Assembly (NCBI GenBank): GCA_040437565.1
Contig: JBDOQK010000007.1
Span: forward strand, 186,001 to 250,000
Length of the DNA: 64,000 nucleotides
Origin: Albugo candida
Taxonomy: Eukaryota
Reading direction: 5' to 3'
The translations under genes and the position numbers were made by a program. The notes beneath the pieces are model-generated. The model ran no database searches, was not told the origin of the DNA, and worked only from the letters and a program-made list of their open reading frames with translations. Numbering within the stretch: position 1 is the stretch's first letter; every line of letters starts with the position of its first letter. Positions 12,447 through 24,755 of this stretch are shown here, in pieces.

Positions 12447-13301
12447 ATGGCGCTTCCTGGCGGCACGGTCAATTGGCCGCTTTTGTTTGGGTGTATTTTC
12501 ACGGCATTCGGACCGATTACAACTTTTTTTTTCATTCTGATTGGCAAACGCGCTCAACTGATTATCATCGCACTTACCGCCGCTTTTATTTGGCTCATTT
12601 CCACCTTAATTTCAGCAACGATATGGCAAATCATTCCTGCATTAAAAAGCTCGATAGAAGCGACGATATGCATCACTGTCGTGATCCAAGAAATAGGTCG
12701 GTATACTTTTTATCAGCTGTATTCTCACGGTGTTGTAGCCATACAAAAAGTAACAACAACAAAGCATCAGCTTCCATTAAACGATTTCACGTCGTCTTTG
12801 GGTCAGATTCGCTTCATTTCTAATATCGAGATATCCATCACAGTGTTTTATCTCTAGCTAGCGGCGTTGGATACAGTTTGATGCATTCATTAATGGTCTA
12901 TGGAAGTGTCTTAGGCTCCAGTACCGGTTTTCGTGGTGCTGCGTACCGAGATTACTGCGAACTACCGGTAGTATTTACCGGAGCGATCACGGCATTAGCA
13001 TTATCGATTTCTGATGTCGCTTTGATGGTAATGGCGTTTGTGGGCTATCGATCCAGGAATTGGAGTGTTATTTGTATGGTGGTGATACTTCATCTTGGCA
13101 TAGGGCTCTCGGTACGATCGAGTCTCAATGTATGGGTACAGGTCATTGCGTAACAATTTATATGTGTCATAGGCACTTGCAAATCAAAAGTCGAATGGTT
13201 GTGTTATTTCCATACCGATACATTATGGTGGAGCTGTTGTTGCGTGTTTGGGGGCGAGATTCTTCACAGGTCGATCGCGATCGCTGGATCGATCGTATTA
13301 G
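12447..13301 (+). CDS. APH1: Gamma-secretase subunit APH-1; 3 exons
   Basis: FGCIFTAFGP, AFIWLISTLISA, QEIGRY, GVGYSLMHSL and conserved His (ILHL); multiple TM segments; short GT-AG introns. Confidence 0.88.
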
Positions 13302-13419
13302 GAGAAAAAATTGGAGGGTTTATAATGTTAAAGTAAACGTGCGATTTGTTTGTTTCGAATTCGATAGCGACCAATGTGTCACGTTGGTGGCACGATCAGA
13401 AAAGTCTTTCAATCCATTC

Positions 13420-14524
13420 CTAGCCATTCATCCAAGCGGTGATTCCCCCTGAGAGGTATGTGAGCAGTACGGCAATGACGCATGTAATGAGCGTCGTAAG
13501 TAGCATAATCGTGTTGGATGAGCGTATTGGAGTACCAACAGATTCGGTTGTCTGCCTTTCTGTCTCGTTTTTGTCATTTGCACTCCATTTTCGATATAGT
13601 GATTTTTCCATTTCCGTGTACGTTTTCTTCTTGTCGTACAAAACATTCAATAAATCTCGAAAAGTACGATTTGTTGGATCCATATCAAGCGCTTTTTTTA
13701 TAGTTTCCCGTGCTTCATCGAATTCTGATTCTCTCAAAGCGATTTGCGCAAGTCGATGCATTGCTTTCATATTCTCCGGATCCACTTCCAATACTTCCAA
13801 ACACGATTTTCTAGCTTCTTTACCATTTCCAAGCTTATCCTGTACATTTCCAAGGTTATTTCCAAGCGCAATCAAAAGTTTTTTGCATTCCTCCGCCTCT
13901 TTCTCCGAGTGTTGCCACGATTCAAGGAGCTTTAACGCACGTTTGTACATCTTTTCAGCGTGCTCATAATTTCTCTGATTGTAATATCGATTCCCGCTTT
14001 CTTTTTTGTTGGTCGCTTCCACCAAAAGCTCACTGGAATTCATCTCTGAAATTGGACGTTTATCCACATGCAATAGCTCAACTACGATTCTGAGAGACGT
14101 ATTTGGCGGCACATTTCCATCTTCCCACCCTTTTTCCCCGTAAGCGAATCGCCCTTCACAGTGAACTTCATTGCTTTCGCCAACGCACATCAGTTTTGCG
14201 ATCAGTTCTAATGCTGCAAAACGGTATTACATATGTGTATATAACGGAGAAAATGGTGTATACCTGGGTATACTTCGCCATCACCGATGCGAAACGTGCG
14301 CTCTTGTAGGGTGGAGATGATAGAATTATCGTCTCTGCGGTATTCACTGAATCGCACGGTCACTTGCTCTCCGAAATCTGAAATTTGATCACTAAGAAGT
14401 GTGCGTTTTCTGTTAAAAGACACTTACTCGCTGCTATACCCTCTGACGAAATGAGTATTTTGCGCTGTATACCGCCACTCCCGAGTACGTCCTCAAACTC
14501 GCTTTTGTTCGCTTCCGGACACAT
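13420..14524 (-). CDS. FKBP-type PPIase with TPR repeats and C-terminal membrane anchor (FKBP38/TWD1-like); 3 exons
   Basis: DVLGSGGIQRKIL, FRIGDGEVYPALEL, RFAYGEKG...VPPNTSL, TPR KKESGNRYY, hydrophobic C-tail IMLLTTLITCVIAVLLTYL. Confidence 0.88.
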
Positions 14525-14999
14525 AGTTCCTGGTATAGTGTGGCAATAAGCCAAACTAGGCGTCTTACATTATGGATCGCTGCAGCGTAAAGGGATCCAA
14601 CTACGCGGACTCCGATAGTACTGGTGTCCTTCACCCAATACACACGCTTGTATAATACATCTCAGCATAATTTGCGCTTCGATTTAGCCATAAAGCAATT
14701 ATCCTAATTTCAAATGTAAGGCGATATGATTGGATAAAATCGTATCTTTCCCTTCATCGTTCAATTTCCTTTGAGACAAAAGCGTCAATTCGCATCGCAA
14801 AGGCAACACATTTTATCGGCTCTATTTGACGCTCTGAAACCAATATTCTGTGTATTGGATGTCCACCAACAAATTGGCAATCTCTTTAAATGCTTCCGAT
14901 GACGCGAATGAGCAAAATAGCGTGAAAACAAACACACAAAATGAATCGAATTCAACGTTTCAGTTAAAGTTTGAAAATACCGATTCACTCGTTCAAAAA

Positions 15000-17041
15000 A
15001 TGACAGATTTTGAGTCTGCACACACGTATCCAAGCGGAAGGCTCAAAATGGAGGAATTATTCCGTCAATGGCTCAACGCTGAAGGCACAAAGACACTTAT
15101 TCACTCCTTAGTGGAAGACGCACGAAAAGGGAAGGATTTGCATCATTGGGACGCACACAACTGTAATGCTGCAAGCCCGAAGGGATCTCAAAGTCCAACG
15201 AGCTCTTTTTCGACTTTAATGGCCGATGGACACCCTGGCACTTTGCTGCATTCGCCGTCACGGAGCCCGAAACGTCCACCGAATCCAATGCAGCAACACA
15301 ATAGTCCTACAGGACCGTCGTATCGAAAGAAAACGAGTGCGAATTTCTTTGCTGAAGACTTCCTATTGAATCAACCGTGCATGAATACGAAAGAGGAAAG
15401 CGGTTGTGAGAAGAGTCGAAGCAGCAGGAAGGTAGATTCAGAGGAGAGGGAGAGAGGTCAAGATAAGCTTGTCGCTAATCAAGAAGCATCGAATGCGGCA
15501 TCTCAAAAAGATAAATCAACAGCGATAACTATAAAAGCCTGTGAAGACGTTCAAATGGAAGATGTGGTGATGAACGACACTGATGTTGACGCGATTGACA
15601 CTGTGCAGAATTCGGAAAAGTGCGGCAGTACTGTCGCTGATGAAAAAGCAAGCAGTTGCGATGGTGGGAAAGGAGAAGCGGATAGCGTCACACATATTCA
15701 AATGAGTAGTGACGGAGTGAAGAGATTATGGAAGAAATCCTATACGGATTTACTTGATAGAGAGATAGTAAGTGGAGACCGCTTTCGGTTCAAAGTCCTC
15801 CTTTCATGATATGAGGTAACACTCCGTCGGATTCTGAACAAATATGAATGTGTGCTTTGTAGAAAGCAATCGAGTCTCGTTTTGAAAAGCATCCAGAAGG
15901 AATGAACCTGAAGGACTTCGTGACTATCACCAAAGACTTTTGTGACTTCCCATCCTTTTTCAACGCTCCATTTTTCAATCGCGTGGTCGAGTACTGTCGG
16001 AGCGTAGATGACGGCTGCATGCTCAGTGACACTGAAAAGCTGGATGACGACTCACTTGTAGTCAGCAAAGATATGTTCCGGAAGTACTGGGTAGAGGAAC
16101 TGAGTGCTTGTGATACTGTGGAACGATTCTTCCGAGTGGTATGAGAATCAAATTCGTTCGCTCTGTGTGCGCTAATGGCTCGTACGAATGCAATAGATCA
16201 AACAAAGATATCGTTCGCATATCGAGCGAGACGATTTCGCTCCTTTTATGCATGGTCTGTTTGGTTCCCTCTCCTGGGCGTCGACCAACATCTTTCTTTC
16301 ATAGAACTGCTCAAATATCATCCCGGGCTAGATTTCCTGGCAAGCACACCCGAATTTCAGGAGAAATATGGTATCGCTTTTATCTCTATTGTCTTTTCAG
16401 TGTGTAACAGTTCCATCAGCAATCACTGTAGTTGCCCGGATCTTCTATTCCGTCGATAGAGACAGCAGTGGAAAAATCACACTACGAAAACTCCGTCGAA
16501 GCAATCTTATCGCTGCATTCAATTTGGTTGATGAAGAAGGAGATATCAACAAAGTGAGCCTCCGCGACGGAAAAGGATCAATTTCCTTGCTAATTTCCCT
16601 TTTATGTGAACAGGTCAATGCCTACTTCTCATACGAGCATTTCTATGTCCTCTATTGCAAGTTTTGGGAATTGGATACCGATCGTGATTTCTCACTCAGT
16701 GCCGATGATCTGGTTCGATACGGTGGTCACGCATTGACACGAATTATCGTGGATCGTATATTCGAACATGGAAGGCGCCCTTTTGCCCGTATTCAGACAC
16801 TCTCACCGGAGGAGAAGAAGAAAATGAGCTATGAAGATTTTATTTGTAAGTGATCATCCCGTCGTTCATAATCGTTTATTGATCAGATGATAGATTTCAT
16901 GCTTTCTGAAGAAGACAAAAGCAATCCTATCAGTCTGAAGTACTGGTTCGAACTGATCGACATCTATGGAAACAACGTGATACGGGCTGAGGATATGCGT
17001 GTGTTGTATCGACATCAAGTGCATCGAATGGAATGTTTGGG
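15000..17041 (+). CDS. PP2A regulatory subunit B'' (PR72 family, EF-hand); 3' end lost in a gap
   Basis: [62 protein letters not shown]...YWF; several short introns; runs into N gap 17042-17141. Confidence 0.92.
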
Positions 17042-17254
17042 NNNNNNNNNNNNNNNNNNNNNNNNNNNNNNNNNNNNNNNNNNNNNNNNNNNNNNNNNNN
17101 NNNNNNNNNNNNNNNNNNNNNNNNNNNNNNNNNNNNNNNNNTCATTTTATTGTATGACTCTCTCAACTCGCTGACGGTAGAGAAACCGTTTCTTATGACA
17201 AATTGCTCAATTTTCCACTTGTAAAAAGTCTTTCTCAATTAGTTAAATAGCTGA

Positions 17255-18955
17255 ATGGACTCTATGGAAGCAAAAGTGTCCAAATGGAAGCGAAAGCTGC
17301 CGAGTAAACGTCAGATTACTTCGACATTGGATCAGTTCTTACAGGAAAAATCGGTCGCTATTCTGTACACACCGGCGGAACAAAAGCGTATTCGAGAAAT
17401 GACAGAAATGATCATGAAAGCGACTTGCGAGTACGAGACGCAAGAGGATTGGGAGAGGATTCTCAGTGTTGTCGACGCGATGAGCTCCATCTCTTCGCAC
17501 GCAGTGTACGTACTTTATGGCGCTTTATCGCAAACGCTCACTGCGTAATGTGTTATTTGTCTGAACAGGTTGAAGGAATCCATTCGCTTTTTGAAAATTC
17601 GTTTGGGCGATCCGTCGTCACGTGCGATCATATTGGCACTTATTTTGACCGAATCGATTGTGAAGAACTGCGGGGCGCTCGTGCATTCCGAAATAGCGAC
17701 AGAATCATTTCTCTCACAAATGGAAGCGCTTTACAAAGTGAGTGTCCTGTTTTACTTGTTTTTGATGACTGAACTTATGTGTAGACACACCACGAGCGTC
17801 ACGGGAGAGATAGTGTGGAAATTACAGAGCGAGTCCTTGAAATGATTCAATCTTGGGGCGAAGCGTTCTTGCCATACCGAGTAAGAAATGTAATTGGATG
17901 TTCATACGCAAGAGACCGAATACGTTTTTATAGAATCGATTCCCACTGTTCATCCAAGTCTACCACAATATGAGGAAGAAGGGTGTGCGATTCCCCAAAC
18001 AATACGATGAGAATCGCGTTCCCGTACTGGAAGTAGATGATCAATTGTCGCAAATCCATAAGAGCGCACAGACTGCGGTTTCCAATTTGGCGATAGACTT
18101 TATGATTCAAGTCAAACAAATGACCGATATGCAGGTGTATTCCACAGCAGTCAGTGTGGTTGAGATGTTTGAAGATGTGTTGCATGAGGCCAAGAAAGAG
18201 ACGTGTCATCTCGCGGAGGAAGGAGGAGTTATATGTGAGCTGGCAGAGCAAACACAAGTACTGATCAAACGAATGGAAGAAATCATTCAAAGTGCCGTCG
18301 CGCAGGGTGATGAGGTACGTTGAAGGGAATTGAGTGTCACAGAACCGCTGACGGGGTGCATAGGATTTGGAAAAGCTTTTGGTCGTAAATGACAGCTTAA
18401 ATCAAACTTTACGTGAATTTGAAGTGCTTTCATCTCGCAATAGAGATTGTGGGAATCAGGAAGATTATATCGTCGGTGGATGCGATAACGAGGAGGTGGA
18501 TGATGATTTTGATGCTTTTATTCGAGAACGGACGAACACAATTGGTAATGAGAATATTGATGAAGATAATGAAGATAAAGTCGATCCATTCGCCTCGTTT
18601 GTGGAAGAACGTGCGGTCAAAGTAAAAAGCGTTGTAGAGACTCCGTTGTCTAATAATTTGACTCAAGATCTAATCGATTTTTCGGAAGGTATATTGCTGC
18701 TGAATTGTACACGTTTTTAATATTCATTATTGGTATACTGTAGATTCAAATCAGGTGAACCATTCCAAATTGTCTCAAGACATATCCTTGCAGGCAAACT
18801 CAGCAAGTAATCATCTGAAATTGATTGATGACATTTTTACGGAGTCAGTTGATGGAAAAAACACAAATGCAAAGATGAGGTATCCATTCAACCCGTTTGA
18901 GGAACACGACGAGTACAATCAAAGTGATGAGATGTGGGGAAAATCGAGTAAGTAG
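17255..18955 (+). CDS. VHS-GAT domain protein (TOM1/TOL-like endosomal sorting factor); multi-exon
   Basis: VHS motifs KATCE...EDW, LALILTESIVKNCG, IQSWGEAF, YHNMRKKGVRFP; GAT-like EKLLVVNDSLN; DPF, DLIDF and NPF motifs. Confidence 0.85.
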
Positions 18956-19143
18956 TTCAATGAGCACGTACCAAGGACATTCAAAGTGATACGACTTCTG
19001 CAGCTTTTTATAAGAGGATAATTCTGACAGTATGAAACTGTTCATACATGCATGCGAGAATGAAAAAAAAAATTTCGTACGAAAGAAATAAATTGTATGC
19101 AATCAAACATTATGTGTAACACTTAATATACGCAACTGGTAAC

Positions 19144-20661
19144 TCAATTGGAAGTGTCTTTGTGACGAGACATTGTGTCATGCAACTTCTCTTTGACGTG
19201 ATGAGCGGCTCCTTTCACTTTTTCACCAAAACCAGGTTTACTAGGTTCAGTTTGTTCATGCACAGCAGATTGCGCTCTAGAAGTTGCGTGGTGAGCTTTA
19301 TTTGCACCAGAGTCTGCAGTGTCACGTGCGTAACCACGCGCATGTTCTCCATATTCGTGCGCTTTATCAGCAGCAGTACTAGATTGATGATGTGATTTAT
19401 CGGCCATTTCCTGCCCTTTTGAACGTGTTGCGTCGGCTGCCTCATGAGTACGGTCGCTTGTATAGTCCGCAGCGTTGTGAAGTTGGTGACGAACGTCTTC
19501 TGTCGCTGAATAGGTTTGGTGTTTCAGTGACGTTGCCCCTTCATGTGCTTTATCACTCGCTGTATTTGCACCATCGGCTGCTCGATTCCGCAAAGTGCCT
19601 GCAGCTTGCTGAGCTTGTTGAGAAGTTGATTCACCTTCCGTCACTCCTGCATAACCCATTGCGCTCGTTTTGGCGTTTTGTATCATTCCTGCGGCTTGTG
19701 AGTATAATGATTCATCGTTTTCAGTGCTTTTGCCACCAGCCACTCGTTGCTTTGCCGCTTCAAAAGTTTCTGATGCGCGCTGTTGTCCGGCGTATATACT
19801 GTCTGGCACACCTGTTTGATTAATTCTTTCTTTGGCGGCTCCTGACAGTTCTTGCGCACGTCCTTCTACATGTTGGGCTGCTTCCGACCCTTCTGCTGCA
19901 ATTTTGGCATTCTGTAGAGACTCTGAGATGTAACCCACCGTATCATTTACAATTCCCATTCCTTTATTCGCCAAATTTCCTCCCATTCCTCCCGTCAATC
20001 TTTGATCAACTGACGCCGCTCCAACTGATACGCCAAGTCGTTCATCGGCATTTCGGGCAACTCCAGCAACCGCGCCCACAGCTGCTCCGGCGGTGGAAGA
20101 AACTCCCAATGTGTTATCAACTTTTCCAGCCACGCGTGCTGTTTCACCCACTGCGACTTTAACTCCATGCTGTGCCGTACTCGATGCGCCCTGCAACATT
20201 TCCCAAAGTCGTGTCCATTGATCTTTCGCCATTTCAATCGCATCCATCGAACGCTGTCGAGTGGTATTGATCACATTCTCCACAGAATGTTGCACAGTCG
20301 CCAACACACCCTCACGATCACCCGTCACAAACTTTTTATCGTAATCTTGCGCTTGATTGCGTAAAGTGTCGAGCGCATGTTTGACTTGTTCCAGCGATTT
20401 TCGTGCTGCTTCCATAGTTTCATCGGACGCATCATTGGCATGTGCTCGCAAGTTACTTCCCGCATCTTTCAATTGTTCGACAGACGCCGTTGCCTTATCG
20501 ATGCCCACTTCTAAATACGATTGCGCAGTTTGCGTGAATTGATTCTGCGCATCGAATTCTTGCACATTTTTTTTCACTTGACCCAAATACGACGTCGTTT
20601 CATTGACGCCCGAGTCGATTTTTTGCTGTAACTGTTTCACTTGTTCTTGTCGATCAGACAT
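19144..20661 (-). CDS. LEA-like hydrophilic helical repeat protein (~505 aa), intronless
   Basis: Rich in A, Q, E, K, G, H and T; no Cys; repeats such as ASDKAHE, TSDRTHE, AADKAHE, GANKAHH; C-terminal GFGEKVKGAAHHVKEKL. Confidence 0.7.
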   Translation of the reverse strand: MSDRQEQVKQLQQKIDSGVNETTSYLGQVKKNVQEFDAQNQFTQTAQSYLEVGIDKATASVEQLKDAGSNLRAHANDASDETMEAARKSLEQVKHALDTLRNQAQDYDKKFVTGDREGVLATVQHSVENVINTTRQRSMDAIEMAKDQWTRLWEMLQGASSTAQHGVKVAVGETARVAGKVDNTLGVSSTAGAAVGAVAGVARNADERLGVSVGAASVDQRLTGGMGGNLANKGMGIVNDTVGYISESLQNAKIAAEGSEAAQHVEGRAQELSGAAKERINQTGVPDSIYAGQQRASETFEAAKQRVAGGKSTENDESLYSQAAGMIQNAKTSAMGYAGVTEGESTSQQAQQAAGTLRNRAADGANTASDKAHEGATSLKHQTYSATEDVRHQLHNAADYTSDRTHEAADATRSKGQEMADKSHHQSSTAADKAHEYGEHARGYARDTADSGANKAHHATSRAQSAVHEQTEPSKPGFGEKVKGAAHHVKEKLHDTMSRHKDTSN

Positions 20662-20681
20662 TTTGAGTGTGTGGTAGCTGT

Positions 20682-20697
20682 CAAATTGCAAAGTAAA
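20682..20697 (-). promoter_or_regulatory. Candidate oomycete Inr+FPR core promoter element
   Basis: Minus strand reads TTTACTTTGCAATTTG about 20-35 nt upstream of the LEA-like ATG; imperfect match to the TCAYTY-N-CAWTTT consensus. Confidence 0.3.
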
Positions 20698-21862
20698 TCG
20701 AATTGACGTTGAAGCAGTGTTTCCTTCGAAATTTTATTGATGCGACATGAACGACCGTTGAGAGAGAAGACAAAGATTTTTTTTCGCATACGAGAGAAAA
20801 GATACCAATTGGAACAAAGTATAAGTGTATTTGGAAGGGTTTGCGACTATTCAGACTGCGTGTATTGATGCTGGGAAGAAGCTGCGACATTTCAGAGTTG
20901 AACAAATCATGGGAATGAAGTGGAAGGGGACTGATGTGATTGGTTTGTTTTGCTGGTGTGTTGAGAGAGAGGAACGGTGAGTTTCATTGAAAGGGCGAAA
21001 GATACTCTCGACGGTTTGTCTTTGTTTGATATCGTTTCGTAATAGAAATAGTGACGGGATTGGGGGAGGGTTGAATTGTGCGATTCAATGTGATTTTTTA
21101 ATGTAGACGGAACTGGTAAAAACAGCGAACGAGCAAAAAAACTAGATGGATTGAAGTGACGCTTTCTCAACCTGTCCGTTTTTTACAGTGTCATCCTGCA
21201 GCCGCAGCAAACAGGTTACGTATCCATAACGAAATAAAGCAGCGAAACTGCATTTACTGCTGAATTTCACTTAATATAGTCGAGTGCTCCAATTGCTTAT
21301 GTTGGTAAAGTATATAATCTCAGTGTGTGGTTTTGGCAGCAATCCAAATATGAATCTCGAACGTTCCATTCCAAATTTTGATTACTCGTGATGTACCTTC
21401 GATCTTTCTGGAGAAAAAGACTTTCCCATGGAATGGAAGTCCATTGTTCGATAGCCGGTAAAAGAAAGTGAGCAGGAAACGCAACCTGTTCCGTGAATAC
21501 GTCAGTTGAAGAAAGTGTCTTGCTCATCTTGCTTGTGTGAATTTCCGAATGTGTGCGGTTAGACACGGCGCCTTTCGTATTCTTCATCTTTGTTAAATAG
21601 TACATAACCTCTCCTATGTGATCACGCCGGATTTACATTTATGTGGCACATAACTTGAAAACATTATATCGCACTTGAATGAAAATTTTACGAACCCACT
21701 AGGTCACTGACTCCTAGAAAGTGCAATTGTTGAACCGTTCTTCTTGCTATAACCGTTTCAAGATTTTAGATCAAGGTGCTGAGCATCCCGTAGGAATGAA
21801 TGATGAATCAAGCCACAAACCAATTTAGCAATTGTCACCCATAACCCGCTTTCGAAACGCTA

Positions 21863-22609
21863 ATGTTTTATCAAATAGTATACCGCCAGAGCAAATACGA
21901 GATAGTGCTCCCAGAAACCGAGGCTTTTGATTTTGATCATCTCAAAACGCACATAGTGGAGGCATTCTTAGAACTTACAAAGCGATGGCGCGTTATGTAT
22001 TTGGACGATGAACACGAAGCTATCACAATCAGTAGCAATGAAGAATTAAGAGAAGCTTATCACGTTCAAATGGAGAACTCGTCGCTGAAAACTGTCAAGC
22101 TGTTCCTCGTTCCGCAGCCATCAATCGGCGATCGCTTTCATGGACTCTCCAACTCGCTAGCAAACTTACTTTTGGTTGCAAAGAATGGGACGCTTGCTTC
22201 AGCTAATCGCTGCGCTGGAATTGGAAGAGATACTTTATATTCATCGACAAAGCATACAAAAAATCTAGTCCAGCGAAGCAAAGCCGAGATCTCTCTCCGC
22301 ATGAGTCGTCTTAGTTCTTACTTGCGAAAGCCGGCACTACGACCAAGCTATAAGAAACTTAGCAGTGATGTCTCCACGTTATCTTGTGACAAAGCTGTCG
22401 ATAAATCGCAGACGCTTAGACAGCAGACTTCCAGGCTTTCTATCGAGCCAGAAGAAGAGCCCGTAGAATCGATGGAGGCTGAGGTTCAGGACGATCAACC
22501 AGAACCGAACTCAGACGTCGATACAGACTGTGATTCCGAGCATGAGGTCGAGCCGAGTAATGCAAGCACAAGCTGGAATCAATCCATTCTATCCCTCACG
22601 TACGCGTGA
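21863..22609 (+). CDS. PB1-domain protein with acidic disordered tail
   Basis: OPCA motif YLDDEHEAITISSNEELREAY and a closing VKLFL strand within the first ~85 aa. Confidence 0.8.
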   Translation: MFYQIVYRQSKYEIVLPETEAFDFDHLKTHIVEAFLELTKRWRVMYLDDEHEAITISSNEELREAYHVQMENSSLKTVKLFLVPQPSIGDRFHGLSNSLANLLLVAKNGTLASANRCAGIGRDTLYSSTKHTKNLVQRSKAEISLRMSRLSSYLRKPALRPSYKKLSSDVSTLSCDKAVDKSQTLRQQTSRLSIEPEEEPVESMEAEVQDDQPEPNSDVDTDCDSEHEVEPSNASTSWNQSILSLTYA

Positions 22610-22835
22610 GTAGTAATTTGGACCATTTTGTAGGGTCAGTTTTGTAAGCAAATACAAGTCTTTTAGCAATGTCGCATATGAGTAGAGGCACATTCTTTCC
22701 AAGCGGGTTTGACCCGTATTGGTTCCGCACTGACTCGCGCTTTTTCGCCTTTCCCAACTCTCTCTCTCATCAAAATTTACGATCCCTCATCCATTTTTTG
22801 GTTTCAGAGTTGATCAACACAATACAATTTTTATC

Positions 22836-23306
22836 ATGGCGGAAATATCATCAATTATTAATCTCGTCAACAGATTCGCTCTCATGTTTTCATTCGAAGA
22901 TAAAGAGAATTCTATTCAACAACTTGTGGATCTATTTACTCAAGACGCAACTTTCACGCACGAGCTGATTGGGATTCTCACTGGACAATCAGAGATTGAG
23001 AAGGGGCTACAAGAAATGGCTGCTTTGAGGTTTCTTGCGGATACTCGTCATCTGCCCAGTGGTCATGTGGTGAATCTGATCGATGAAACTCACGGGGAAG
23101 TGACTTCGTATTCGGTTGTGTTTTGGAAATGTACCGCGATCTCTGTCGTACAGTGGATCGATCAAGTCGTAAAATTGGATGAAAATTGGCTTTTCCAAAG
23201 TCGAAAAGCGGAATCATTGCAAAAAAACTTTGAAATGATTGGAGAAATGCAATTACGTGGAAAGAAACAGTATTTGCAGCAAGTGGAGAACGAGGTTAAA
23301 AAGTAA
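22836..23306 (+). CDS. SnoaL-like / NTF2-fold protein, intronless
   Basis: INLVNRF, LFTQDATF, G..EI, TRH, D.VVK....WLFQSR pattern of SnoaL_4-type proteins. Confidence 0.75.
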   Translation: MAEISSIINLVNRFALMFSFEDKENSIQQLVDLFTQDATFTHELIGILTGQSEIEKGLQEMAALRFLADTRHLPSGHVVNLIDETHGEVTSYSVVFWKCTAISVVQWIDQVVKLDENWLFQSRKAESLQKNFEMIGEMQLRGKKQYLQQVENEVKK

Positions 23307-23462
23307 CGACGTGGTAATGTACCATTTTGTGCTGTAAGGAGTTTAAAGTGCCGCGCGGAAATTAGAAGAGAAAAACTAATACATTGTAATACATTTCATG
23401 TTTGGAATTCAAAAAATGACCATGTTTCCTCATTTCTGATACTGGGAATCAGATTACAGAGT

Positions 23463-24589
23463 ATGATTAATAGCTCCAGCACTTTGTCGAATCCTCGCCT
23501 AAAGCACACACTAGCTAAACCGCTTTTACTTTCTTTTGGGTGAGTGTATCGATAGCATACGTGCTATCTTTTGTAAAATTTTAACTCTTTCTTGATAGAC
23601 TCGTTACGGACGTTCAGAGTGCCGACACAGAAGACGGATGGGACTACCTGCATACAAAAAAACGATATTATCGTAATGCACTCGTTTTATTGGACAACTT
23701 GGTACAACACTGGCTTCGAGTTCGTGCAACAGAGGACACGATACGCGAAGAAAACCAGTCAAGTTGTTCTAAATTACGATTCGCGATCAATTTGGGTGAT
23801 CTGATCGATGGAAAGAATTGTATTTTACAACGTAGTAGTAGAGCTCTGAGCAGAGCAAAAGATTGTTTGGCGCCTTTCGAACAGAAAGTCGGACCCGTGC
23901 ATCATATCGTGGGAAATCATGAATTGTACAATTTCACACCGCAAGTGTTTGCAGAGAAGCTTTTATGGAAAGGAAACGACTCGAGTGTAGAAAACTACGA
24001 CAAGGATATCCCGTTATATTACGACTTCTACCATCCAGAGGCTCCCCAATTTCGATTTATCATTCTTAACACGTATGGTTTATCAAGTCTTGGACGTGGT
24101 CCACATGATCCAGTGTTCAAGCGCGCACGCGAGTTGCTACGACGCACAAATCCCAATTCAAGTTTTAACTCTTCAGACGGTTTACTTGGGCTGGAACAAC
24201 GTTTTGCTGAGTTCAATGGCGCAGTGGACGAAACACAATTGTTGTGGCTGAGTCGTACTTTAGAAAATGCATCCGTCAAAAATGAAAAAGTGCTGATCTT
24301 TACACATATTCCCATCCATCCCGAATCCTGTCCTCCTTCCTGCTTACTGTGGAATTACGACGAGGTTTTGAAGCTTTTATTCACATTTTCCGATAATGTG
24401 CGCGCTGTATTTTCTGGACATGCACATACGAATGGGTACAGTTATAGTCATGGAATCCACTTTTTTGCGTATGATGCACTTCTAGAGTGCGCTCCCAACG
24501 AAACAGCGTACGCCATTGTCGACCTGTTTCCGCATCAAATAATTGTCAACGGATACGGCAAAATCAAATCTTTCGCATTTGACCTATAA
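23463..24589 (+). CDS. ADPRM: Mn-dependent ADP-ribose/CDP-alcohol diphosphatase (calcineurin-like metallophosphoesterase); 2 exons
   Basis: FG|LVTDVQSADTEDG...RYYRNAL, LGDLIDG, GNHELYNF, FNGAV...QLLWL, HIPIHP, LLWNY, GHAH. Confidence 0.88.
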
Positions 24590-24755
24590 AACTACANNNN
24601 NNNNNNNNNNNNNNNNNNNNNNNNNNNNNNNNNNNNNNNNNNNNNNNNNNNNNNNNNNNNNNNNNNNNNNNNNNNNNNNNNNNNNNNNNNNNNNNNTACA
24701 TTTTCAGAAAATACAATTTTTTCGGATTGAACTTCCCGATATTTAAAAAAAAGCT

